This document shows, piece after piece, positions 28,540-38,369 of a stretch of 64,000 bases of DNA. The position numbers were made by a program, and so were the translations under genes. The notes beneath the pieces are model-generated. The model ran no database searches. It was not told where the DNA came from and saw only the letters and a list, made by a program, of their open reading frames with translations. The DNA is taken from contig CAWANJ010000003.1 of NCBI GenBank assembly GCA_963783385.1, positions 64,001-128,000 of the forward strand, written 5' to 3'. Numbering within the stretch: position 1 is the first letter of the stretch; every line of letters begins with the position of its first letter. The stretch is from an uncultured Gemmatimonadales bacterium (lineage in GTDB: Bacteria > Gemmatimonadota > Gemmatimonadetes > Palauibacterales > Palauibacteraceae).

Positions 28540-28733
28540 CGGCCTCCCCGTTTCCCTCGGCGTTTGCCCCCGGCTCGCCCGGAGTCCCGAGCGCCATGGT
28601 ACGTCAACGGTCGAGCCCGCTTCAAGAGCGGTGCCGACGCGGGGTCACCCTCGCGGCGGCCCCCCTCGCTGCCGGGTCGTGGGGCGTGTATGGTGGATCG
28701 CCGAACCATCCGTCTCGAAGAGGGAGTGGAGCC

Positions 28734-30500
28734 ATGCGCGCGAAGGCCGGAGTCCGATGGAGCTCGCTGCTCGCCCTGGCGTCGGCAATGGGTGCCGCCG
28801 CCCTGGCCACCGCCTGCGGGCCCTCCGCCCGGGCCGCCGATCCGCCGCCGGCCTCGACGAGCTTTCGGGTCACCTTCCCCGACTCGCTGCGGTCGACGCC
28901 GGTCACGGGCCGCATGTTCGTGGTGGTCAGCCGGGACTCCTCGCCTCCGCCCCGGCTGCAGGCCGGCTCCTTCGTCCAGACCATCCCAATGTTCGCCGTG
29001 GACGTGGACTCGCTCGCCCCGGGGCAGGCGGCCACGATCGACGGGTCCACCCCGGGCTATCCGCTGCAAGCCCTCGCCGACCTGCCGCCCGGCGACTACT
29101 TCGTGCAGGCGCTCCTCAACGTCTACACGCGGTTCCAGCGCTCCGACGGACACACGATCTGGGCCCACATGGACCAATGGGAGGGGCAGCAATTCAACAC
29201 GTCGCCCGGGAACCTGGTCAGCGACGTGCAGAAGGTGCACCTGGATCCGTCCAGCGGGTGGAACGTGTCGCTGAAGCTCCGTCACCAGATCCCGCCCATC
29301 CGGGTCCCGCCGGACACGAAGTGGGTGAAGCGGGTGAAGATCCAGAGCGACCTGCTCACCAAGTTCTGGGGCCACCCCATGTACATCGGGGCCACGGTGC
29401 TGCTTCCGCAGGGCTACGACGACCATCCGAACGTCCGCTACCCGGTCGTGTTCGAGCAGGGTCACTTCGGACTGGGCGCGCCGTTCGGGTTCAGTCCCGA
29501 CAGCCAGCCGCTGCCCGGGTTCGTGCGGGACATGTTCGGGAGCCTCAACCGGGAGACCGGCCACCGGTTCTACCGCGAGTGGACCTCGCCCGGCTTCCCG
29601 CGCATGATCGCGGTCACCTTCCAGCACCCGACGCCCTACTTCGACGACTCGTACGCGGTGAACTCCGCCAACGACGGGCCGTACGGGGACGCGATCCTGA
29701 AGGAGCTCATCCCCTACCTGGAGAGCCACTTCCGCATGATCCGCCAGCCGTGGGCGCGCACGCTGACCGGCGGGTCGACGGGCGGCTGGGAGTCCATCGC
29801 CCTTCAGATCTACCACACCGACTTCTTCGATGGGACGTGGACGCTGTATCCCGACCCGGTGGACTTCCGCTCCTACGACATGGTGAACATCTACCAGGAC
29901 TCGAGCGCCTTCGTGTTCCAGCACGGCGAGCCGGGCGGACTCCCGTTCGCTCCGATCACCACGTGGACCCACCCCGAGCGCTACATCATGCGGCTCGCCG
30001 ATGGCCAGCCCGTGATCTCCGTGCGGGAGTTCAGCCAGCTCGAGGCGGTGCTCGGCAGCCACGGCCGCTCGGGCCAGCAGCTCAACGCGTGGGAGGCGGT
30101 GTTCGGGCCGGTGGGGCAGGACGGGTACCCGAAGCCGCTGTGGGACAAGCGCACCGGGCACATCGACCACTCGGTGGCGGAATACATGAAGGAGCACGGC
30201 TACGACCTCAGGGCCTACCTGGCCTCGCACTGGTCCGAGATCGGACCGAAGCTGAAGGGGAAGATCCACGTGGACGTGGGGGACGCCGACAACTTCTACC
30301 TCAACCTGGCCGTCTACCGGCTGCAGGCGTTCATGGACTCGACCTCGAACCCGCACGTTCCGGGCACCTTCCACTTCGGAAGGCCGGAGAAGAGCCACGG
30401 CTGGCAGCACACGACGACCGCCGGGATCCTGCGCGAGATGGAGCGGTGGATCGTGTCGCAGGCCCCGAAGGGCGCTCCGATGGGCTGGCGCTACCGCTAG
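28734..30500 (+). CDS. Secreted (lipo)protein, putative esterase / alpha-beta hydrolase fold
   Basis: Signal peptide with lipobox-like LATAC; nucleophile elbow GGSTGG; PDPVDFR. Confidence 0.8.
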   Translation: MRAKAGVRWSSLLALASAMGAAALATACGPSARAADPPPASTSFRVTFPDSLRSTPVTGRMFVVVSRDSSPPPRLQAGSFVQTIPMFAVDVDSLAPGQAATIDGSTPGYPLQALADLPPGDYFVQALLNVYTRFQRSDGHTIWAHMDQWEGQQFNTSPGNLVSDVQKVHLDPSSGWNVSLKLRHQIPPIRVPPDTKWVKRVKIQSDLLTKFWGHPMYIGATVLLPQGYDDHPNVRYPVVFEQGHFGLGAPFGFSPDSQPLPGFVRDMFGSLNRETGHRFYREWTSPGFPRMIAVTFQHPTPYFDDSYAVNSANDGPYGDAILKELIPYLESHFRMIRQPWARTLTGGSTGGWESIALQIYHTDFFDGTWTLYPDPVDFRSYDMVNIYQDSSAFVFQHGEPGGLPFAPITTWTHPERYIMRLADGQPVISVREFSQLEAVLGSHGRSGQQLNAWEAVFGPVGQDGYPKPLWDKRTGHIDHSVAEYMKEHGYDLRAYLASHWSEIGPKLKGKIHVDVGDADNFYLNLAVYRLQAFMDSTSNPHVPGTFHFGRPEKSHGWQHTTTAGILREMERWIVSQAPKGAPMGWRYR

Positions 30501-30568
30501 CCCAGGTGGGGGACGGGCGGGCGGCGGCGCCGCGCGCGACGGACTCGTGGAGGCCAGCGGCGGCGGGG

Positions 30569-31084
30569 TCACCGCCGGCGGGACACCCACCAGTGGCCGG
30601 TGGCCAGGACGCCGGCGCTCTCCGTGCTCGACTCGAACGTCCCCACGATCGAGTCGCCGCTCACCACGCCCCGGAAGCTCGTGAGGAGCACGGCGCCCGT
30701 GTCGGGGTCCCGGTAGGGGTCCAGGCAGCCGCGCACGCGCCCGTCGCTCACGCCCACGAACCGTATGGTGAGGAAGTGCGGGGACCGGGAGTCGTCCACA
30801 CGCACGCCGCTCCGGTCCCGGTCCAGGGCGTGTAACGGCTCGCTGCGGCCGGAGGGGATCATCTGCACGTCGCCCCGGGCCGTGTCGCTCCCCGCGCTCA
30901 GCTCGAAGGCGATGGATCCATAGCGGCCGGTGGCCTGGCTCTCGTAGCGGCCGGCCCACCGACCGGACAGCGTCTGGATGGCCGGCGTCTCGCCCGTCAC
31001 GGGCACGGGCGGAGAGGCGGTGGCGCACGCGCTGACCAGGAGCAGGGTCACGGCGAATCCGACCGATCTCGTCGAGCGTCTCAT
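30569..31084 (-). CDS. Hypothetical lipoprotein
   Basis: MRRSTRS...LLVSAC lipobox; RBS GGAGG. Confidence 0.75.
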   Translation of the reverse strand: MRRSTRSVGFAVTLLLVSACATASPPVPVTGETPAIQTLSGRWAGRYESQATGRYGSIAFELSAGSDTARGDVQMIPSGRSEPLHALDRDRSGVRVDDSRSPHFLTIRFVGVSDGRVRGCLDPYRDPDTGAVLLTSFRGVVSGDSIVGTFESSTESAGVLATGHWWVSRRR

Positions 31085-31416
31085 CGGCACCTCCTCGGCT
31101 CGGGTCCGGAGACGATGCCGTGCGGGCCCCGTCCCGGTTCCCGAATGGCACCTCCGCATCCTCACGCTACCGGTCCAGACCGCATCATACTGTCGGGAAT
31201 AGGTGGAAAGACGCGTGGGGAGGTCGACCCGCGCTCCCGTGGGACAGAAGGGGCGCCCGCTGCCCGGAGGGCACCGTCGGTCCACCAGGAGTGCCCGCAG
31301 GACCGACCCCGGCGGACCCCTGCGGTGTAGAGTCGGGTGCCCCGCCGCGTCCGCCTCGGCCGGGGCGCCAGCGGGCCGACGCGAGGTCCCGACCAAGCCG
31401 CAAGCGGAGCGATGCC

Positions 31417-32394
31417 ATGGCTGCCACCCGACCGACCGTGCATGGACTTCATCACGTCACCTCGATCGCCGCCGCGCCCCAGGAGAACCTGGACTTCTAC
31501 GTCGGCGTCATGGGACTGCGCCTGGTCAAGCGGTCCGTGAATCAGGACGCACCCGGCACCTACCACCTGTTCTACGCCGACGAGGCGGGCACGCCGGGCA
31601 CGGATCTCACCTTCTTCCCGTGGCCCGACATGGCGCCGGTGCGCGAGGGGTCCGGGCAGGCGCGCGAGGTCCAGTTCGGTGTCGCCCCCGGGAGCGCCGG
31701 ATGGTGGCGCGAGCGGCTCGAGTCGCGCGGCTTCGAGGCGGACACGCCGGCTCCCCGCTTCGGAGAGTCGACGCTGCCGCTCCGGGATCCGCACGGCCAC
31801 CGGATCGCCCTGGTGGAGACGGAGGACGAGCGTCCCTGGGTCCCGTGGGAGGGCGCCACGGTCCCGGCCGAGAGGCAGCTTCGCGGGATGCACGCCGTGC
31901 GCATGGTCGTGCGGGAGCTGGCTCCGACGCGCCGCGTGCTGGAGGAGGTGCTCGGCTTCGAGGAGGTGGGCGAGGAAGACGGGTGGAGGCGCTTCGGGGT
32001 CGAGGGCGGGGGCTCGGGCCGCTGGCTCGAGATTCGAGAGGAGCCGGACGCCCGGCCCGGCCGTTGGGGAACGGGGGGCGTCCACCACGTGGCCTGGCAG
32101 GTCGAGGACGACCGGGAACAGGCGGCGCTGCGGGAGCGGCTGGTGGACGCCGGCCTGCAGGTGACGCCTCCCATCGACCGCTTCTGGTTCCGGTCCGTGT
32201 ACTTCAGGGAGCCGGGCGGGGTGCTGTTCGAGCTGGCCACGATGGGGCCGGGCTTCGAGCGCGACGAGACCCGTGACGCGCTGGGCGAGAGCCTCATCCT
32301 CCCCCCGTGGCTCGAGCCGCGGCGGGCCGCGATCGAGTCGGCGCTGCCACCGCTGGATGTGCCCGCGACTTCGGGGCGCGCCCCTCGCGCCTAG
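31417..32394 (+). CDS. Ring-cleaving dioxygenase (MhqA/MhqO-like VOC family)
   Basis: GLHHVTSI, RLVKRSVNQD..TYHLFY, GGVHHVAW, DRFWFRSVYFREPGGVLFELAT. Confidence 0.92.
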   Translation: MAATRPTVHGLHHVTSIAAAPQENLDFYVGVMGLRLVKRSVNQDAPGTYHLFYADEAGTPGTDLTFFPWPDMAPVREGSGQAREVQFGVAPGSAGWWRERLESRGFEADTPAPRFGESTLPLRDPHGHRIALVETEDERPWVPWEGATVPAERQLRGMHAVRMVVRELAPTRRVLEEVLGFEEVGEEDGWRRFGVEGGGSGRWLEIREEPDARPGRWGTGGVHHVAWQVEDDREQAALRERLVDAGLQVTPPIDRFWFRSVYFREPGGVLFELATMGPGFERDETRDALGESLILPPWLEPRRAAIESALPPLDVPATSGRAPRA

Positions 32395-33353
32395 GGCGCG
32401 CCGAACGCCCTCCGGATCTTCGGCTCCAGGAGGAGCGCCTCCCGGGGCTCGTCGAGCAGCAGGCTCTCCCGAGCATCGAGCGGCAGGGCGCTCTCGGGAG
32501 CGAGGCCGACGACCTCGCTCGACCGCACGCCCACGCCGCGGGACGCGGCGGCAGCCCGCACCGCGGCGAACACCCGGGCGGGTGACGTGACCGCCGGGTC
32601 CAACAGGTTGGTCGATACCTGGGCCCGCTCCGCGACCCGGAAGCCGAGAGCCTGGACCGCCGGCAGCCCGCCGCTCGAAGTCCGGATCTCCCGCGCGATG
32701 CCCCGGGCGACGGCCACATCGTCGGTGTCGAGCAGCACGTTGTAGGCGATCAGCAGGGGCCGGGCTCCGACCGCCGTCGCGCCCGCCGTGGGGTGGATCC
32801 GCCGCTCCCCCAGGTCCGGCGCGCGGCCGGGATCCCGTGCGATGCCATCGCGGAGCGCCTCGAAGCCGCCGCGACGGAAGGGGGCCGGGACGACCCGCTC
32901 GGGGCGCCGGGCCGCCCGACCGTACAGGAACACCGGGATCCCGAGCTCGTCCGCCACCCGTTCGCCCACCCGATCGGCCAGGCGCACGCACTCGTCCATG
33001 CCGGCGGCCCGGAGGCCTCCGAGGTCGAGTCGATCCAGGGGGACGAAGGGCACCACGTCGGCCGCGCCGATCCGAGGGTGTTCGCCGCGGTGGCCCGCGA
33101 GGTCGATCCGCGCGGCCGCCTCGCGGACCAGCGCGAAGGCGGCCTCTGCCACCGCCGGGGGTGGTCCCACGAACGTATAGACGGTGCGGTGGTGCCACGG
33201 GTCGGAGTCCACGTCCAGCAGCGCCACACCCTCCACGGAGCGCACCGCGCCCGCCACGGCGGCGATCACGTCCGGATCGCGCCCCTCGCTGAGGTTGGGC
33301 ACGCACTCGACCAGGGGCTGGTCCGTCCGACGGGCAGGCTCGACCGTGGCCAT
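32391..33353 (-). CDS. ftcD: Glutamate formimidoyltransferase
   Basis: LVECVPNLSEGRD, DPWHHRTV, HRGEHPRIGAADVVPF, HPTAGATAVGAR. Confidence 0.92.
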   Translation of the reverse strand: MATVEPARRTDQPLVECVPNLSEGRDPDVIAAVAGAVRSVEGVALLDVDSDPWHHRTVYTFVGPPPAVAEAAFALVREAAARIDLAGHRGEHPRIGAADVVPFVPLDRLDLGGLRAAGMDECVRLADRVGERVADELGIPVFLYGRAARRPERVVPAPFRRGGFEALRDGIARDPGRAPDLGERRIHPTAGATAVGARPLLIAYNVLLDTDDVAVARGIAREIRTSSGGLPAVQALGFRVAERAQVSTNLLDPAVTSPARVFAAVRAAAASRGVGVRSSEVVGLAPESALPLDARESLLLDEPREALLLEPKIRRAFGAP

Positions 33354-33361
33354 GGGGAAAG

Positions 33362-34831
33362 CTACCGGCTGTATCCCAGGGTAGCCATGAGGATCGCCTC
33401 CAGGCGCCGGGCGCGGGCGGCCGGGATCTCCGGCCGGACAATGCCGTGGCGGCACACGCCGCGGCCCACGACCTCGCCGTCCAGGGCCACCGCCACGTTG
33501 CCGTTGCCGCCCTCGACGTCGGCCGCGAGCGGCGCGCCCTCCAGGAGGCGGAGACCGTCCTCGAGGCCGAGCCGCACGACCCGGCGCCTCAGATCGGGCC
33601 CCAGCCACCGGAGGCCGTCGTTCGTGGGCCGGAACCCGTACCGGCGGTCCGTGCGCATGACCCGCACCCCGAGCGACACGAAACGCCAGTCGGGCGAAGC
33701 CTCCCAGGCCTCGAGCGGCCACGCGTCGAGCGTGTGCCCCCACAGGCTGTTGCCCCGCACCATCCATCCGGTCGCCTCCAGCCGCTCGGCGGCCACGCCG
33801 AAGCTCGTCGCGAGGCGAGCCTTCCCGTCCTCGACCCGGCGCGCCGCCTCGGCCGGAGCCGGCTCCTCGCCCGGAAAGTCGGCCGGGACGGGCGTCCAGC
33901 CCGGGGCGTGGTCGTCGGACGCGCGGGCCCCCGGTCCCGACTTCCGGAGACGCGCCATGAACAGGCCTCCCGAGTCCAGGTGGTGGGGATACAGGCGCCA
34001 GGCGAGCTCCAGCTCCGGATGGAAGCGGCGCCCCTCGAAGGCGGTGAGCCCGGGGGCGTGGGGCACGTCGAGCCCGATCGGCTCGAGCTCCACGGGCAGA
34101 TCGCCCAGGACGGCATCGATCACGGCCTCGTTCTCCTCGGGGGCGAACGTGCACGTGGAGTAGAGGATGCGGCCCCCCGGGCGGGTGAGCTGGATGGCCC
34201 GCCGGAGCAGCGACTCCTGCAGCGCCGTGGCGTACTCGTGGAAGGACTCGGAGGGTGCTTCCACGTCTCCCCGCTGGCGGCGGACGTTGCCCTCGGCCGA
34301 GCAGGGAGCATCGACCAGGACCCGATCGAACCGGGCGCCGTCGGGAAAGGCGCGGCCGTCCGCGGCCACGCACAGGACGCCCGAGTGGCCGAGCCGGTAC
34401 ACGTTGCCCAGCAGGGCCCGGATGCGCTTCTCGTCCCGGTCGGAGGCCACCAGGCAGCCACGCTCCTCCATCAGGTCCGCCAGGTGGGTCGTCTTGCCGC
34501 CCGGCGCGGCGCACAGGTCGAGAGCGCGCTCCCCGGGCCGCACGCCCAGGGCGGGGGCGGCCACGGCCGTGCTGGCCTGCTGGATGTAGAAGTGGCCCAT
34601 CCAGTGCTCGAGCGTCTTACTGATGGGGCGGGGCTCGACCCGAACGTGGAAGACATCGGGCAGGCCGCGGACCGGCTCCAGCCCGAATCCCTGCGCTTCC
34701 AGTCGCTCGACCAGCTCCGACGTCGCCACCCGGCCGGTGCGCACGCGCACGGTGGTCGGCTCGGGTAGCTCGAGGGCGGCCCGGAACCGGGCCGGGTCGG
34801 GGACGATCTCCAAATAACGGTCCAGCGCCAT
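33362..34831 (-). CDS. RsmB/RsmF (NOL1/NOP2) RNA m5C methyltransferase
   Basis: FYIQQAS, LDLCAAPGGKT, VLVDAPCS, YSTCT, PEENE. Confidence 0.92.
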   Translation of the reverse strand: MALDRYLEIVPDPARFRAALELPEPTTVRVRTGRVATSELVERLEAQGFGLEPVRGLPDVFHVRVEPRPISKTLEHWMGHFYIQQASTAVAAPALGVRPGERALDLCAAPGGKTTHLADLMEERGCLVASDRDEKRIRALLGNVYRLGHSGVLCVAADGRAFPDGARFDRVLVDAPCSAEGNVRRQRGDVEAPSESFHEYATALQESLLRRAIQLTRPGGRILYSTCTFAPEENEAVIDAVLGDLPVELEPIGLDVPHAPGLTAFEGRRFHPELELAWRLYPHHLDSGGLFMARLRKSGPGARASDDHAPGWTPVPADFPGEEPAPAEAARRVEDGKARLATSFGVAAERLEATGWMVRGNSLWGHTLDAWPLEAWEASPDWRFVSLGVRVMRTDRRYGFRPTNDGLRWLGPDLRRRVVRLGLEDGLRLLEGAPLAADVEGGNGNVAVALDGEVVGRGVCRHGIVRPEIPAARARRLEAILMATLGYSR

Positions 34832-34896
34832 GGGGCGAGGGCTAGCCCCGCGCCGGGACGAGGGCAAGTCGTCCGTGCTGCCGGGTAGGGAACATC

Positions 34897-36564
34897 ATGC
34901 GAGTGCACGAGTCCTTTCGGCCCGGAATCGGCGGGCGGCGGGAGGACGGCCGCCGCCCCCGTGGCCGCGGTCCGTCCGCGCCGCGGGAGCGTGGCGCCGC
35001 GTGGAGGCGAGGTGCGGCCATGGGCGCCGCCTGCCTCGCGGCCGCGTGCGCCTCGAGCGGCGCGGCCGGGGGCGGCGCCCGGGTCGGACCCGGTGCACCG
35101 GCCGGCCGTCCCGCAGCCGCCGGCGCCGGTTCGGCCGCGGAGTGCCCCCCGGCGACCGGGCGGAGCGGCGTGCCAGCGGAGCTCCGGGTGGCGGCCCCCG
35201 GCCCCATCGCCGCGGCCGACGTTCCGTCGCCTCGCTCCGCCGCCGAGCGCATCGCCTTCCGCCAGATGTACGGGACCCTGCTGCGCGCCGACTGCGCTGG
35301 GAGCATCCGGCCCGGACTTGCGGACTCGTGGCGCTCCACCGACGGCGGCCACCGCTGGACCTTCCACCTCCGGGGAACGGCCCGCTTCTGGGACGGCACC
35401 CAGGTCACGGCCGGAGACGTGGTGTGGAGCTGGCGGCGCCTGTCGGAATCCCGGACCGCGCCGGGGGCGGAGGGCGGCCTCGCCCTGGATGGCCGCACGC
35501 TCCTGGACATGCCCCCGGCCCTTCCCGACAGCCTCGTGGCGGTGGATGCGGCCACCCTCGAGGTCTACTACGGAGATGCTCCTTCGGCGGCGGCGTTCGC
35601 CGACCCCCGCCTGGCCGTGCTGCGCGCCGGCGCGGGGAGGTGGCCGCTGGGCAGCGGACCCCTCCGGCCGATGTCGCCGTCCGGGGCGGACTCCGGGTCG
35701 CTCGTCCTGGGACCCGCGCTCGGCCCCGGATCCACCGTCATCCTGCTCTCCGGGGCGGGCGGCCCGGCGGGCAATGAGCGCGACCTGCTGGACGCGGGCG
35801 TCGACGTGGTCGTGACGTCCGATCCCCGCACCCGGCGGTACGCGGAGACGCTGCCGGGCTACGCCGTCCTCCCGGAGCCCTGGTCCCGCACCTACGCCCT
35901 CGCCGTGCCTCGCGCGCCCGCGGGCGACGGAGGGAGGCCGGACACGGCGCGCGCGGACATCGCCGCGGCCGGAGCCCGGGCGGCGAGCGACGCGCTCGAC
36001 GCGCTGCGCGCCTCCCTGGCCCGGGACGCGGTCCGGGAGGAAGCCGTGCCCGCCGCGCCCCTGGCCTGGCGGACGCTCCCATCGTGCGCGTCGGCCCCAC
36101 CCGTCCGGGACGGCCGACGCGGCGGGCGGCCGTCCCGACTCGCCTACTCCATGGCGGACGGGCCGGCCCGCGACCTGGCTGACCGGCTCGTGGCGCTGGC
36201 GTCCTCGCCGCCGGGGACGGGTCCGGAGGGGCGGGCCGCGTCCACCCTGCTCGGGGCCCCGCAGGGTCTCGACTGGCGCACGCTCCCCCTCGTGGCCCGG
36301 GTGCTCGAGGTCTCCGTGCGCGCCGCGGAGGAATCGGCCTACATCGTGACGCTGCCGCGGCGGGTGCTGGACCCGTGCGCCGCGCGGCGCGCCCTGGCCG
36401 CCGCCCTCCCGTGGCTCGCGCGGGAGGGAGAGCTCGTGCCGCTGGTCGACACGCGGCCGGCCGTGCTCGTCCGGGACGAGGTGGCTGGCCTGACCGTCGA
36501 CTTCGACGGGACGCCCCGCCTGGACCACGCCGGCCAGCGGCCGGGCGGGGGAGGGCGGCCTTGA
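34897..36564 (+). CDS. Family-5-like solute-binding lipoprotein (orphan; start uncertain)
   Basis: Lipobox-like LAAAC; PGLADSW...WTFHLR...FWDGT.VTA.DV signature. Confidence 0.7.
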   Translation: MRVHESFRPGIGGRREDGRRPRGRGPSAPRERGAAWRRGAAMGAACLAAACASSGAAGGGARVGPGAPAGRPAAAGAGSAAECPPATGRSGVPAELRVAAPGPIAAADVPSPRSAAERIAFRQMYGTLLRADCAGSIRPGLADSWRSTDGGHRWTFHLRGTARFWDGTQVTAGDVVWSWRRLSESRTAPGAEGGLALDGRTLLDMPPALPDSLVAVDAATLEVYYGDAPSAAAFADPRLAVLRAGAGRWPLGSGPLRPMSPSGADSGSLVLGPALGPGSTVILLSGAGGPAGNERDLLDAGVDVVVTSDPRTRRYAETLPGYAVLPEPWSRTYALAVPRAPAGDGGRPDTARADIAAAGARAASDALDALRASLARDAVREEAVPAAPLAWRTLPSCASAPPVRDGRRGGRPSRLAYSMADGPARDLADRLVALASSPPGTGPEGRAASTLLGAPQGLDWRTLPLVARVLEVSVRAAEESAYIVTLPRRVLDPCAARRALAAALPWLAREGELVPLVDTRPAVLVRDEVAGLTVDFDGTPRLDHAGQRPGGGGRP

Positions 36565-38369
36565 GCTTCCGGACTCGCCTCGCGCTGGCTCTCGCGGTCC
36601 TGGCCCTGGCGCCCCTGCTCCTGTTCGGGCTCGGCGTGCGGGGCCGCGTGCGCGCCGACCTGGCGAGTCGCTACCGCAGCGAGACCGGGGCGCTGGCCGA
36701 GGGCCTCCGGGTCGAGCTCGGTCGCGACGGCCGGGAGGTCGAGGATCGGCTTCTGGCCATGGCCGACGCCGCTCGCCGCGACAACCGCCTGCGGCTGGCC
36801 CTGGGCGGGCGCGCCGCCGGGGACCGTGCGTATCTCCTCGACTATGCCGGGCGGGCGATGCGTCTGGCCGGCCTCTCGATGCTCCAGCTCCAGGACTCCG
36901 ACGGCACCGTGCTAAGCTCCGGCCACTTCCGGAACGAGTTCGGTCGGCGGGAGCCGGGGGTAGCCGCACTCGTCGAAGGCTCCCCGGACGGCACCGCCCT
37001 GCTGCGAGCCTCCGCTCCTTCCGGCCCCTTCCTCGTCCTGGCCCGGACCGCCCCGGTGCGCGTCGGGAGCCGGTCGCTGGTCCTGGTGGGAGGCGTCGCC
37101 GTGGACTCGGCGTTCCTGGTCCGGCTCGTCCCCGGCCGCGAGGTGGGGCTCCGGCTCTCCGTCCCCGGCTCGTCCCTGCTGATGGTGCCGGCTGGGGGAA
37201 GGGCGTCGGCCGATCCCGGCGGGGCGCGCGTCGTGGAGACGATCCGCATTCCCTACGTGGCGGCGGCCGGGACGGCCGAGTACGACGCGGGCGCCCCGGC
37301 CGTCTCCGACCCCACGGCGCGCCCCGGGGCGGCCGGCGGCTCCGCCCCCCTCGGCGCGGGGCCGGGTCTCCAGGCGACCCTGACCGTGAGCCGGTCCCTG
37401 GAGCCCCTTCGGGCGCTCCGGCGCGGGATCGACGTGTGGTTCGCCCTGGCACTGGTCGCGGTGGCGGCGGCCTCGGTCCTCTTCGGCCTGTGGCTGGCCG
37501 CACGGCTCAGCCGCCCCCTGGGCGAGCTGGCGCGAGCGACCGCACGGCTCGACCTCGATCGCCTGGAGGCGAGCTTTCCAACGGAACGCCCGGACGAGAT
37601 CGGGACGCTGGCGCGGGGGCTCCAGGAGCTCACCCGCCGTCTGCGCGCGGGAGCGGTCCGGCTGCGCGACGCGGAGCGCCGGGCCACGCTCGGCGAAATC
37701 TCCCGTCAGGTCAACCACGATGTCCGCAACGGGCTGACGCCGCTGCGCCACGTGGTACGGCACCTGGCCGAGGTGGCGGAGCGGCAGCCGGATCGCCTGG
37801 CCTCGGTGTTCGAGGAGAGACGAGATTCCCTGGAGGACGGCCTCGGCTACCTCGAGACGCTCGCCACCCGCTACGCGCGTCTCTCCTCGCGGCCCGAACC
37901 TCGTCCCACCGACGTGGGTGCCCTGGTGGAGCGGACGGCGACCGACGCGGGAGGGTCCGGGGCGGAGGTTCGATCCGAGGTCGAGGCGGGGCTCCCGCCG
38001 GCGCTGGCCGATCCGGTGGCCCTCCGGCGTATCCTCGAGAACCTGGTCCGCAACGCGGGGGAGAGCTTCGGCGAAGGGGTCGGCAGGGTGTGGATCCGGG
38101 CCCGGGCCGGCACGTCTCCCGGCCGGGTGCGCCTCGAGGTCGAGGACGACGGGCCGGGGATGACCACGGAGGACCGGGAGCGCATGTTCGAGCAGTTCTA
38201 CACGACGCGACCGGAGGGGGCCGGCCTCGGCCTGGCCATCGTCCGGCGCCTGGTCACGGACATGGAGGGGACGATCGAGGTGGAGAGCCAGCCGGGACGC
38301 GGCACGCGCTTCGTGGTCGAGCTGCTCGCCGCGACGGGCCCGGAGGAGCGGCCGGAGGAGGGAGCGTGA
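36561..38369 (+). CDS. HAMP-domain sensor histidine kinase (NtrY-like)
   Basis: Two TM helices, HAMP (DEIGTLA), H-box QVNHDVRN, N-box ENLVRNA, DDGPG, GAGLGL; TTGA overlap with the SBP gene. Confidence 0.9.
   Translation: MSFRTRLALALAVLALAPLLLFGLGVRGRVRADLASRYRSETGALAEGLRVELGRDGREVEDRLLAMADAARRDNRLRLALGGRAAGDRAYLLDYAGRAMRLAGLSMLQLQDSDGTVLSSGHFRNEFGRREPGVAALVEGSPDGTALLRASAPSGPFLVLARTAPVRVGSRSLVLVGGVAVDSAFLVRLVPGREVGLRLSVPGSSLLMVPAGGRASADPGGARVVETIRIPYVAAAGTAEYDAGAPAVSDPTARPGAAGGSAPLGAGPGLQATLTVSRSLEPLRALRRGIDVWFALALVAVAAASVLFGLWLAARLSRPLGELARATARLDLDRLEASFPTERPDEIGTLARGLQELTRRLRAGAVRLRDAERRATLGEISRQVNHDVRNGLTPLRHVVRHLAEVAERQPDRLASVFEERRDSLEDGLGYLETLATRYARLSSRPEPRPTDVGALVERTATDAGGSGAEVRSEVEAGLPPALADPVALRRILENLVRNAGESFGEGVGRVWIRARAGTSPGRVRLEVEDDGPGMTTEDRERMFEQFYTTRPEGAGLGLAIVRRLVTDMEGTIEVESQPGRGTRFVVELLAATGPEERPEEGA

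Noticed and set aside
28121-31151. Very long alternative ORFs (904 aa +, 945 aa -), and similar ones at 34471-37503, 41463-43895, 47704-50613 and 58009-62449
   Set aside because: These are Arg/Pro/Gly-rich shadow or antisense frames of real genes, expected at this GC content, with no recognisable motifs.
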